A DNA stretch of 64,000 nucleotides from a candidate division TA06 bacterium. Lineage in GTDB: Bacteria; Hydrothermota; DG-26; E44-bin18. The notes under the pieces are model-generated. The model was not told where the DNA came from. It worked only from the letters and a program-made list of their open reading frames with translations, and ran no database searches. The stretch covers positions 9,873 to 73,872 of the forward strand of contig SOJN01000094.1 in the NCBI GenBank assembly GCA_004376575.1, in the 5' to 3' direction. The translations under genes and the position numbers were made by a program. The number at the start of each line of letters is the position of its first letter. Position 1 is the first letter of the stretch. Positions 38,418 to 46,020 of the stretch are shown here, piece after piece.

Positions 38418-38428
38418 ATGGCTCTTTT
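38388..38428. terminator. Bidirectional intrinsic terminator candidate
   Basis: 9-bp stem CATGCCGTC/GACGGCATG with loop TTTC (38399..38420). It is followed by GCTCTTTTT on the plus strand and AGCTATTTTT on the minus strand, and lies immediately 3' of tRNA-Arg. Confidence 0.6.
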
Positions 38429-38506
<78 letters not shown>

Positions 38507-38537
38507 ATAAGAACTTACAAGAACTCAGTTTTCAGTT

Positions 38538-38554
38538 GTGCCAGATTTGTGCCA
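38538..38554 (-). promoter_or_regulatory. Sigma-54-like -24/-12 motif (TGGCAC-N5-TGGCA) about 32 nt upstream of tRNA-Arg
   Basis: The minus strand reads TGGCACAAATCTGGCAC. GG and GC are at consensus spacing, with one mismatch to TTGCW. It could equally be a simple direct repeat. Confidence 0.25.
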
Positions 38555-38671
38555 TGTTTGGGTCAAAAACAGTATAGACCATGCAATCGGTAGACACAAT
38601 GCAAATCTTGAGAACGTCAATAGGGATATGAAGTTGCTGGGATTCCTTACCCGACAGTCGTTTCCGCAAAT
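38538..38671. repeat. Repeat R, copy 1 (134 nt; about 90% identical to 41333..41466)
   Basis: Aligned by eye, about 14 mismatches and no gaps. Lies between the 5' end of tRNA-Arg and the stop of the 38686..40935 gene. Confidence 0.85.
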
Positions 38672-38685
38672 TGCAGTGTTTCGAG

Positions 38686-40935
38686 CTATCGAAGTAGCAC
38701 CATCTTCTTCGTGTAAGTGAAGTCGCCTGCCTGGAGGCGGTAGAAGTAGATGCCACTGGGATGACCATTTGTATGCCAATCGATGCAGTATGTTCCAGAC
38801 TCTTGCGTCCTGTCCACAAGTGTCTTCACAAGTCTGCCAGCGTGATCGAATACTTCGAGTTTGACGTGAGATGGAAGGCTGAGATCATACGAGATACCTG
38901 TTTTTTTGTGAAATGGGTTAGGTGAGTTCTGCCAGAGCGCCCCTCGGTTCTCGCGTACGACGTCAGCATGCTGAATCGAACCATTGTTTTCTGACTCTGG
39001 ACCTGAGCATCCCCCAAACGTACGAGTCAAGTTGGCCAATACCCCGTCTCCTGCCGTGTGAATCTGAATGTTCCCTCCGCCTAGCACTCCGCCTGCGGCA
39101 TAGTACAGATTGCTGTCCGAGTCCCAGACATATAGGCTGAATTTATCTTTCGCATGGCCTGGCTCGCCTCTGTCTTCTACCTCGCAGTCGAATGTGTATT
39201 CACCTATCCCGTCAACTCGACAATCGCCAGAGAAATCTGCGGTCGTGTCTCCATAAACAATCAATGTGTGGATTGTGTCGCTGTGGACCTTCATCTCGAT
39301 TCCGTGGTCGTTGAACTGGAGTTGACCCCAGGTAACACCGCCCTCTGAGTGCACATTGAAACCGAAAGTCCGCTTGTTCGCAGGTCCGAGTGGGTTGCCG
39401 GGAATCCACCCGCCTCCAGTGATGAGGCTGGTCGTCGTGACCACTCTCATCCCTCCGGGGTACCCGTAGGAGCTCCAGGAGTTCCAGCCGTAGACATAGA
39501 TTCCAAATGGACGGTCCGCTGTTACGATGTGGCATCCGTCGCTCGCTTCAACAGTCCCGTGTGAGTAACCCGTCAAGCCTATTAGCGAGAAGATGCTTGG
39601 ATTTATTGGACTCCCGTCAAAGAGCAACGACGATATGGCTATGGTTGGCACAACGATGCTGGTGAAGTCAAGCGTGTACCCCGCCGGGATCAGATAGATG
39701 TAGCCATCCAGAAACTGTTCCGTCGGAAGGATCAGAACCTCAAAAGGATCCCCTGGGGCAAAGGCCCACGAGTAGCCCGTAGCATACTGGGCGACGAGCA
39801 CTGGTTTGTCGGCAACGATCTCAGTTGGCTCCTCTATGGTGACTTCAACCAGCTCTGCCCTGTTAAGGTTGAATGGAGACCCGGGAACGGGTGGCGTGAA
39901 ACTCACGGTCGTGTTGTCTTCACTCCCCAAAACTCGTAAGGGGTCGCCCAGTGAGGAGCCAGGTCGCTCGAAAACGGACGTCAAAAAGCTCCGTCCCCAA
40001 GTCGCGACCGGGGTCATCTGCTCCACGAGGAAATCACAGCAGCAATGTCCTATGGGTATGTCTGCGCACTTGCACCCAGCGAACACCGCAACAGGCTTAG
40101 TTGACATAACCTGGCTGCCAGAAAGGTCCTGTTGATAGCCCGCCTGTAGCTGATAGGTATCGAACCTATTCAACGTGATGTTGAAGGGTACCCCCGCAGG
40201 CTTGCCGTCCAGTGTGTTTGCTGACGGTGTGATAGTCACCTGGCTGTTGTCGGCTGTGCAAACTAGGGTGAACTGTGAGGGTGCTAGTGTTGGGTCCCAG
40301 CCCCTCGCGGATACAGTCTCTGGATACCCCAGGATGATATACTCATTTCCGAGGATATCCGACGGCAGGGCCATATATGCATCGCAGGAGGCCCCATAGG
40401 GCGCTCCCGGGTGGACGACATACACGCAAGCGTCATGGTCGCTCGTTACGTGAATCCCCAGATTGCCGACGATGCCGCTGCCTTGAACCTCCGCAGCCAT
40501 AGGGATTAGAATCTCTGCCGCACTATGCGGTTGCACTGTGAAATCCTGCGACCAGTTGAGTCCTGGTATATTCACCATACCGCTGGTCAGGACGTCAGCA
40601 GTGACAATTATCAGCGCGTCCCTGTCGTACAGGTTTTCCGGAAAGGCTATCACGAAGTCTCTGCCCCAGCTGTCAGACATCCCGCTGAGTGACAGAGGTC
40701 GGTGGAGGTCTCCAGAGCGCAATGGCCTCGAATCTCTGTCCGGGGTCTGAAGGACAGTCCTCTCTACTCTAGCGTAACCGCCTATTCCGACATGACCCCC
40801 GTCGTGACGGTGGCCGCAAGAGCAGTCATCAACGATGTCTGTCGCTCCCTGTCTACCGAGGCTGACTCCCCGTATTCCCAGCAACGAACAGAAAGCGACC
40901 CCCAAGACAGCCAATGCAAGCTTCCCGCGTTTCAT
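38686..40935 (-). CDS. Secreted IgGFc-binding-N-terminal-domain-like protein with a T9SS C-terminal sorting domain
   Basis: Start at ATG 40935 (GGAGGAG upstream; signal peptide MKRGKLALAVLGVAFCSLLG). FVIAFPENLYD...LIIVTADV...STKPVAVFAGCKCADIP...CCDFLVEQMTP fits the IgGFc_binding-type domain. C-terminus NSPNPFHKKTGISY...VFDHAGRLV...GIYFYRLQAG...MVLLR. The 153-aa N-terminal extension in the track runs over noncoding repeats. Confidence 0.8.
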   Translation of the reverse strand: MKRGKLALAVLGVAFCSLLGIRGVSLGRQGATDIVDDCSCGHRHDGGHVGIGGYARVERTVLQTPDRDSRPLRSGDLHRPLSLSGMSDSWGRDFVIAFPENLYDRDALIIVTADVLTSGMVNIPGLNWSQDFTVQPHSAAEILIPMAAEVQGSGIVGNLGIHVTSDHDACVYVVHPGAPYGASCDAYMALPSDILGNEYIILGYPETVSARGWDPTLAPSQFTLVCTADNSQVTITPSANTLDGKPAGVPFNITLNRFDTYQLQAGYQQDLSGSQVMSTKPVAVFAGCKCADIPIGHCCCDFLVEQMTPVATWGRSFLTSVFERPGSSLGDPLRVLGSEDNTTVSFTPPVPGSPFNLNRAELVEVTIEEPTEIVADKPVLVAQYATGYSWAFAPGDPFEVLILPTEQFLDGYIYLIPAGYTLDFTSIVVPTIAISSLLFDGSPINPSIFSLIGLTGYSHGTVEASDGCHIVTADRPFGIYVYGWNSWSSYGYPGGMRVVTTTSLITGGGWIPGNPLGPANKRTFGFNVHSEGGVTWGQLQFNDHGIEMKVHSDTIHTLIVYGDTTADFSGDCRVDGIGEYTFDCEVEDRGEPGHAKDKFSLYVWDSDSNLYYAAGGVLGGGNIQIHTAGDGVLANLTRTFGGCSGPESENNGSIQHADVVRENRGALWQNSPNPFHKKTGISYDLSLPSHVKLEVFDHAGRLVKTLVDRTQESGTYCIDWHTNGHPSGIYFYRLQAGDFTYTKKMVLLR

Positions 40936-41236
40936 CTTTCTCTTCTCCTCCTGGTGACCTCTAACAACTCCTCTGGAGTGTCTTTTCAGGTTGCCAATAG
41001 CGCCCTGTGGCACCCGTGTGGAGGGAGCATACCCTGTTTTACCCTTGTATGTCAAGGGTTTTCGCCTGAAGTCCTGGACATCTTGATAGATAGAATGAGA
41101 GCAACTTACACAGGATTTCTGTAGGCTAACATAGGCCCTCCGCTGGTCAGCGGGTCCCGGGAATAATGTCACGCTTCGCTGTAAAGGGGACATGGATGTT
41201 GGATTTGGCTTCTTGCGCTCCCTCCGCCTGTAAGAT

Positions 41237-41317
41237 TTGGGGACGGTGCCCCCGGCTTCGCCAGGGATTCCTATCTTTGAGACACGGAGAGGACACTTGA
41301 CTTTTTGACATTTCTGA
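41237..41317. repeat. Repeat U, copy 2
   Basis: See 37999..38080. Confidence 0.85.
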
Positions 41318-41332
41318 AGTTCAAATGGTGTG

Positions 41333-41349
41333 TGCCAGATTTGTGCCAT
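41333..41349 (-). promoter_or_regulatory. Sigma-54-like -24/-12 motif (TGGCAC-N5-TGGCA), second copy, about 400 nt upstream of the 38686..40935 gene
   Basis: Identical 17-mer to 38538..38554. Confidence 0.25.
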
Positions 41350-41466
41350 GTTTGGGTCAAAAGTAGTATAGACCATGCAATCGGTAGACACCATGCAAAT
41401 CTTAGGAACGTCAATTGGCGTATGGAGTTACTTGAATCGCTTACCCGACAGTCGTTTCCGCAAATC
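41333..41466. repeat. Repeat R, copy 2
   Basis: See 38538..38671. Contains an internal tandem duplication (minus strand: GATTTGCATGGTGTCTA / CGATTGCATGGTCTATA). Confidence 0.85.
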
Positions 41467-41478
41467 GCCCGATTTAGA

Positions 41479-41591
41479 ATTAGAAATCCGTTGCCCTCCG
41501 GCGGAGTTTATGCTTGGCGGAGCCGAGTGCGAAGGATCTCTATCATAGTACGAGATTATCGAAGACTCTATCCAAACTGAGCTACTGGCGC
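41479..41591 (-). pseudogene. Remnant of the 5' part of tRNA-Arg(TCT), interrupted by a 72-nt insertion
   Basis: 41567..41591 equals the first 25 nt of the tRNA (acceptor 5' strand + D arm), and identity continues one flanking base further (41592 = 38507). 41479..41494 equals the 16 nt covering the anticodon 5' stem and loop. The T arm and 3' acceptor are absent. Identity ends at the 3' edge of the anticodon loop. Confidence 0.8.
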
Positions 41592-41656
41592 AACTAAACG
41601 CAGATCTACGATCTGAGATCTCGTTATTATGACTTGTGTTAAGGTGTTGCGGTTGA

Positions 41657-41685
41657 AAGATAGCACCGCGGTTGGCGGATGTCAA
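41657..41685 (-). promoter_or_regulatory. Sigma70-type promoter candidate (GGTATTGACATCCGCC...-17-TATCTT) pointing at the tRNA-Arg remnant
   Basis: Minus strand: TTGACA at 41685..41680 and TATCTT at 41662..41657. Homologous to 44323..44351. Confidence 0.4.
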
Positions 41686-41765
41686 TACCCTCCACAAAGG
41701 ACAGAGCAGGTATGAACAGGAATGACGAGCCAAGCATCCCCATTCCCGTATTCCCGAAATCCCGG

Positions 41766-41813
41766 GAATTCGAAAATGCGAAAATCCGGGAATGTGCAAA
41801 TGTGGGAGAGTGC
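41766..41813. repeat. Octamer-periodic array (GAATTCGA AAATGCGA AAATCCGG GAATGTGC AAATGTGG GAGAGTGC)
   Basis: AAT recurs every 8 nt, five times. Homologous array at 55114..55161. Confidence 0.75.
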
Positions 41814-41903
41814 TTCTGGATTTTGGTTGTTTGGGCGTGTCAAAAATGTCAAGATGCCAAGGAGGGGTGTTATACACCATGGACCCGTTGTCCGTCGCGT
41901 TGG

Positions 41904-43382
41904 TTATTCGTCAAACATGTACTCAGCAATAATCTTGCCGAGTGAGCTGTCGAGGTTTCTGAGAATTGTGTACTGCTCTGCCGCAAGCCAGACTTCTCCA
42001 AGCCTGGCGTAGGCCCTCCCAAGATCACGATGACAGAATGCATCTTCTGGACTCAGGCGTGATGCTATCTCGTGGGCTCGGATTCCCTCGCCATAGAGTC
42101 CCATGCCATAGTAGGCCTCAGCCAGAGACGAGTAGGTGAAGTCATATCCAGGATCGATTTGGATTGCTTTCTTGAATTCCTCCACAGCATCGTCGTATTG
42201 TCCAAGCTTGGTGTAGGCTCGTCCTAAAGAGGCATGAGGAGACCCATAGTCTGGGGCAAGGCGTACATACTCTCGGTACTCCCTTGCAGCTTCCTCGTAG
42301 CGTTTGAGTCTCTCATAGATAAGCCCAAGACGAAAGCGTGCCCATATGTCGTCTGGATCTATACGGGTCCCCTTTAAGTACGATTCAATCGCCTCATCGT
42401 GCCTCTCTAGTATGCAGTAGGTCGAACCCAGCCTGAAGTGGAGACCGGCGTCTGAGGGTATGATACGGATGGCGTCTCTTAAGGCATAGATTTCATCATC
42501 GTACCGTTCCAACTTTCCGTAGCAGAACGCAGCTTCGATATAAGCCTCTGCATACTCCGGGTCCTTCTCAAACGCTTGTTCAAAGTAAGAAAGCGCCTCT
42601 CTGCGGCCCCTGTATATCTGGACGAGCCGGCCTGCCCAGTATAGATCTTCTGGAGAATCATTGGGCGGGTCTGAAGCATCCGATTTCCAAGGAAAGAAGC
42701 TGTGGTTCTCACCACTTAGTAGCGCTGGAACTATCGCTGCTGGAGCTGCAACCGTCAGTGTATTTGGTCCGGTTCCTATTCTGTCGTTTGCAACACCTAC
42801 AACCTCCCCTTTCGTGTTTATGACAGCGCTACCGCTCCATCCGCCTACGATAGGAAGCCTGATCACCAATACCGTTCCTTTTTCAGGAATCTTTGGGGCA
42901 GCTTCTACGATACCCTCAAGAATAGTCCGCTCCCCGTCGTGGGGGTGTTGTACGAGGACCACGTGCTCTCCTGGCTCTGGAGGAGAAGAAGCAAGTGGGA
43001 GCGGGTGCAGGGCATGCCGCGGTACGGGTGCCGAGAGGAGTATAACATCCCGCTCTTTATCCTCGGCAAGAACCCCGTCAATGGGATAGATTTCTCCAAA
43101 GATAGTCCGGACCACCGTCCTGTTTGGGTCATGAACTACATGCGAGGCTGTAACCACTGCCCCATATTCGTTCACAATAAAACCGCTTCCCCAACGAATA
43201 AGCCTGCCTCTCCAATCCAAGGTTTGTACAAAAACAGTCGCGGGCTCGACCAGGTCGGCTATCGCAGTCAGCTCACCTTCTGTTAGTTCCGAAGAGACGG
43301 TTGGGATGGAGACAACCGAGGCGATACAAATGATCAGGAAACATCCGACAGCGCGGGGCGCGCTTTTGCCTTTCCCTGTCAT
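41904..43382 (-). CDS. Exported trypsin-like (S1C-type) serine protease fused to TPR repeats
   Basis: 492 aa. TM/signal segment; TASHVV (His), DVILLS (Asp), GGWSGSAV (Ser). The C-terminal half is repeated TPR-like helices (A..Y...G..Y..LG.Y..A...). Confidence 0.8.
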   Translation of the reverse strand: MTGKGKSAPRAVGCFLIICIASVVSIPTVSSELTEGELTAIADLVEPATVFVQTLDWRGRLIRWGSGFIVNEYGAVVTASHVVHDPNRTVVRTIFGEIYPIDGVLAEDKERDVILLSAPVPRHALHPLPLASSPPEPGEHVVLVQHPHDGERTILEGIVEAAPKIPEKGTVLVIRLPIVGGWSGSAVINTKGEVVGVANDRIGTGPNTLTVAAPAAIVPALLSGENHSFFPWKSDASDPPNDSPEDLYWAGRLVQIYRGRREALSYFEQAFEKDPEYAEAYIEAAFCYGKLERYDDEIYALRDAIRIIPSDAGLHFRLGSTYCILERHDEAIESYLKGTRIDPDDIWARFRLGLIYERLKRYEEAAREYREYVRLAPDYGSPHASLGRAYTKLGQYDDAVEEFKKAIQIDPGYDFTYSSLAEAYYGMGLYGEGIRAHEIASRLSPEDAFCHRDLGRAYARLGEVWLAAEQYTILRNLDSSLGKIIAEYMFDE

Positions 43383-43503
43383 AGATCCCCCCCCTTATAA
43401 TCTGTGCCCTCTTGCCCCAAAAGTCAATAGGACGGCCCCGCGAAAGCGCTCAGAAGCAGATTTGGGAGTCAGGTTCCAAAAAACCAGCACAGACAGGGAA
43501 TAC

Positions 43504-43535
43504 TATGTGCGCACGTGCGCATATGCGCACGTGTG
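43504..43535. repeat. 32-nt perfectly alternating pyrimidine-purine tract (TATGTGCGCACGTGCGCATATGCGCACGTGTG)
   Basis: Checked base by base; broken on both sides. Confidence 0.95.
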
Positions 43536-43555
43536 AACGTACTTTTTCCAGAGCT

Positions 43556-44236
43556 TCATTCGTCATGTGGGCGTCGCCTTCTGCTGGTCTGGCGCGTTCG
43601 GTACAGTTTTTCCGTGAAACCGCCTTCATCGAGGAATCGCTGCTCGAGTTGGCGCACCTGCTGGTCAAGCAGGTAGTTGGCTTGGTGGATCAGGCAGATA
43701 AGCGTGTTGGCAACGGTTTCGGGACTGTTTTCAATATAGGTCCTATAAGTTTCATAGGACCTATTCTGCCTGTAAGCCAGTTTCCGAATTGCTCGGGCCT
43801 TCGGGTGGTTTTTGTCCCAGAGCGCCAGCCCCCTTTGACGCAGAAAGTCCTCGTAGTCAAGGAGCAGCTCTTCAAGGCTGGCACGGGCTACGCTAGTCAA
43901 CCTCAGTTCGGTCTTCTTCGATGTGCCCGATGCGACGCTACCTTCAGCAATATTCTGTTTGCCGCTCCGCGCCGCCTGAACCATCTGATCACGCGTGCGT
44001 GAACGCCGTTCAATGAAGTGGTCGCAGAACACCACAGTCGCGTCGTAGATGATTTCTGCTGTCTGATAGGACTTGAGGTTGCGGTAGCCCCCATGGGGAT
44101 CAATGAGCCTTGGTCTTCCGTTGCTATCCCTATTCCACTTGTCAGGTAGGCCTATTTCTCTTTTTTCCTCCTCTGCCATCATCCTCCTTGTGGATTCCGC
44201 CCGCCTGGACAGGCCGTTGGGGTCCGGCCTTGACAT
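43556..44236 (-). CDS. Four-helix-bundle protein (23S rRNA intervening-sequence protein / Avd-like family) with a C-terminal extension
   Basis: 226 aa. YQTAEIIYDATVVFC...QMVQAARSGKQNIAEG...ARASLEELLLDYEDFL is typical of the family. Confidence 0.8.
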   Translation of the reverse strand: MSRPDPNGLSRRAESTRRMMAEEEKREIGLPDKWNRDSNGRPRLIDPHGGYRNLKSYQTAEIIYDATVVFCDHFIERRSRTRDQMVQAARSGKQNIAEGSVASGTSKKTELRLTSVARASLEELLLDYEDFLRQRGLALWDKNHPKARAIRKLAYRQNRSYETYRTYIENSPETVANTLICLIHQANYLLDQQVRQLEQRFLDEGGFTEKLYRTRQTSRRRRPHDE

Positions 44237-44322
44237 TCTTGCGCTATCCGTGGAGTTGTTGTAGCTTATTGCCCAATAGCACGCACATGATTTTCACAAG
44301 CTCAGATCTACGATCTCAGGTC

Positions 44323-44351
44323 AAAATAGCACTACGGTAGGCGGATGTCAA
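44323..44351 (-). promoter_or_regulatory. Sigma70-type promoter candidate (GGTATTGACATCCGCC...-17-TATTTT) for the four-helix-bundle gene
   Basis: Minus strand: TTGACA at 44351..44346 and TATTTT at 44328..44323, followed by the hairpin CAGATC-GTA-GATCTG in the leader. Confidence 0.4.
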
Positions 44352-44431
44352 TACCTTCCACAGAGTACGAAGGCGGAGCCATCAAGGGCGAAGTCGGGGC
44401 AAAGTACAAGGTCTGGGATTGCAGGGTTTTC

Positions 44432-44466
44432 GTTCTACGTTCTGCGATGTACGTTCTAAGTTGTGA
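44432..44466. repeat. Heptamer-periodic array (GTTCTAC GTTCTGC GATGTAC GTTCTAA GTTGTGA)
   Basis: Read directly. It is the reverse-complement word family of the 54152..54179 array (TAGAACG...). Confidence 0.7.
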
Positions 44467-44486
44467 ATTGGTTCTGATGACCACCT

Positions 44487-45359
44487 TCACCCAAGGTTTC
44501 TTAGCCTCAGGAGTATCTCAACGTACGCAAGCACCACTCTAGCGGAAGGCGGCATCTTGTCCCGGAGACGAGACTTAACGTAACCAAACATGATGGAACG
44601 CAGGCGCTGCTTCACAATCACCAGATTTCCATCCATGAATTCGGGGTAGATACGTATATATTTGATAATACACTGAAGCTGATAATAGACCATCTTGGTG
44701 CGGTCAAGGCTTATGTTGCCAGGATGCTGTCTCCGTATTGCGGCGGGATAGTTGGAACATACAACCTTGTATTTGAGCATAAGCCGAAACCAGAGGTCGT
44801 CGTCGTGGTTCCTTATCATCTTCTCGTCAAATCCCTTCATCTCTATGAAGATAGATTTCCTCAGCGTGACAGTGTCTATACCGATGAAACTCTCACTAAA
44901 GAAATCTCTCGCGATACGGCCCGATGGCAATGGTGGCACACGGTGAACTCTCACCGGTTCGGGAGACAGCCGACCGTCAATGCTCATAACATATTCATCT
45001 GAATAGACCATACCTACATCCGGCTCTCTTTCAAGAATCTCTACCTGTTTTTCGAGCTTCTGCGGTCTCAGGAGGTCATCGCTGTCAAGAAAGGAGATAT
45101 ACTTCCCCCGGCAAAACGGCAGAGCGGCATTCCTTGCGCCGGCAGGTCCTTTCTTCTCATCGAGATAGACATATCTAAAGCGGTCGTCCCCCAAGGAATC
45201 CACCACTCGTTTCGTCCTTCCTTCATCCTCGGAGTGGTCGTCCATGACTATTGCCTCGAAATCCTGGTATGTTTGCTGCAGGACACTATTGAGAGCCTTC
45301 CTTAAGATAGTAATACGTCTGTATGTTGGAATGATAATGGAGACCTCAGGCATCATCAC
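44487..45359 (-). CDS. Family 2 glycosyltransferase
   Basis: 290 aa. VSIIIPTYRR...VMDDHSED...FLDSDD motifs. Confidence 0.85.
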   Translation of the reverse strand: MMMPEVSIIIPTYRRITILRKALNSVLQQTYQDFEAIVMDDHSEDEGRTKRVVDSLGDDRFRYVYLDEKKGPAGARNAALPFCRGKYISFLDSDDLLRPQKLEKQVEILEREPDVGMVYSDEYVMSIDGRLSPEPVRVHRVPPLPSGRIARDFFSESFIGIDTVTLRKSIFIEMKGFDEKMIRNHDDDLWFRLMLKYKVVCSNYPAAIRRQHPGNISLDRTKMVYYQLQCIIKYIRIYPEFMDGNLVIVKQRLRSIMFGYVKSRLRDKMPPSARVVLAYVEILLRLRNLG

Positions 45360-46020
45360 TCACCTTGTACAAAACCCACATCTGTTTGCCGATCCTTCCA
45401 CTCTCCAAAACAGAGAAGCCATTCTGCGCCATTAAAGAGTCGTACTGATGCAGAAACCAGTAGTCGGAGGATCCGGCAAAATCTGAGTCAGTCATTTCGT
45501 TCAAGTAGATGTAACGACCCATGCAACAGAGCTTTCTGACGACCCCAGCAACGTCTTCGGGAAGAACGGCTGCGAGAACCCTGGTTGAGAGTATCAGATC
45601 AAAATACCTGTCTGGAATGTCGAGCTTTACGATGTCTTGGTTAATCAACGCGAACTTTTTTCTAGGAAACCTCTTCCTGCATATTGCCAGAGCTTTCGAT
45701 GAGATTTCCTGTCCACACACCTCAGGGACTTCCATTTCGTCATAAAGGGGAAAACACCTACCATTACCACATCCGATATCCAATAGTCTTTTCGGTCTCA
45801 CCTTGCTGATAACATGCCTGATGACATCATAGTCTTCAGTACCTTCACCCCACTCTTCATAGATATCGTGAGCCCTCAGATTCCAATACATGCGGCGCAG
45901 CTTTTTCCTCGACTTCGGTTTGGTCAGCAGGTTCAAGATGAACCGGCGACCGCGGTTCTTTATCCTAAGCAACTGGCGCCGCAATAGTTTGATAGCAAAA
46001 ATTACGCGTGAGTTTTTCAC
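45346..46020 (-). CDS. Class I SAM-dependent methyltransferase
   Basis: 224 aa. LLDIGCGNGR motif I. GTG start; 14-nt overlap with the GT2 gene. Confidence 0.8.
   Translation of the reverse strand: MKNSRVIFAIKLLRRQLLRIKNRGRRFILNLLTKPKSRKKLRRMYWNLRAHDIYEEWGEGTEDYDVIRHVISKVRPKRLLDIGCGNGRCFPLYDEMEVPEVCGQEISSKALAICRKRFPRKKFALINQDIVKLDIPDRYFDLILSTRVLAAVLPEDVAGVVRKLCCMGRYIYLNEMTDSDFAGSSDYWFLHQYDSLMAQNGFSVLESGRIGKQMWVLYKVSDDA

Noticed and set aside
38100-38420. Regularly recurring hairpin units, considered as a mini CRISPR array.
   Set aside because: There are only 2-3 units, with unequal spacing and diverged 'repeats'. No cas genes are present. One unit functions as a terminator hairpin, and part of the unit recurs alone at 34019-34040.
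40936-41394. 153-aa N-terminal extension of the IgGFc-like cargo ORF.
   Set aside because: It runs across repeats U and R, which are duplicated in a noncoding context near 38000-38670. A proper SD-ATG-signal peptide start exists at 40935.
43412-44002. Track ORFs that run through repeat-rich intergenic DNA (43412..44002 +, 54212..54472 +, 54238..54435 +, 63430..63714 -, 63492..63683 -).
   Set aside because: Their 'proteins' are translations of alternating Y-R tracts and periodic arrays (MCTYAHV..., HVRMCTYVHMWVC...). They lack Shine-Dalgarno sequences, and one overlaps the real four-helix-bundle gene on the opposite strand.
43556-44236. Avd-like four-helix-bundle gene as a marker of a diversity-generating retroelement.
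   Set aside because: There is no reverse transcriptase anywhere in the window. None of the repeat pairs shows adenine-specific mismatches; R differs at mixed positions and the 162-bp repeat is exact.
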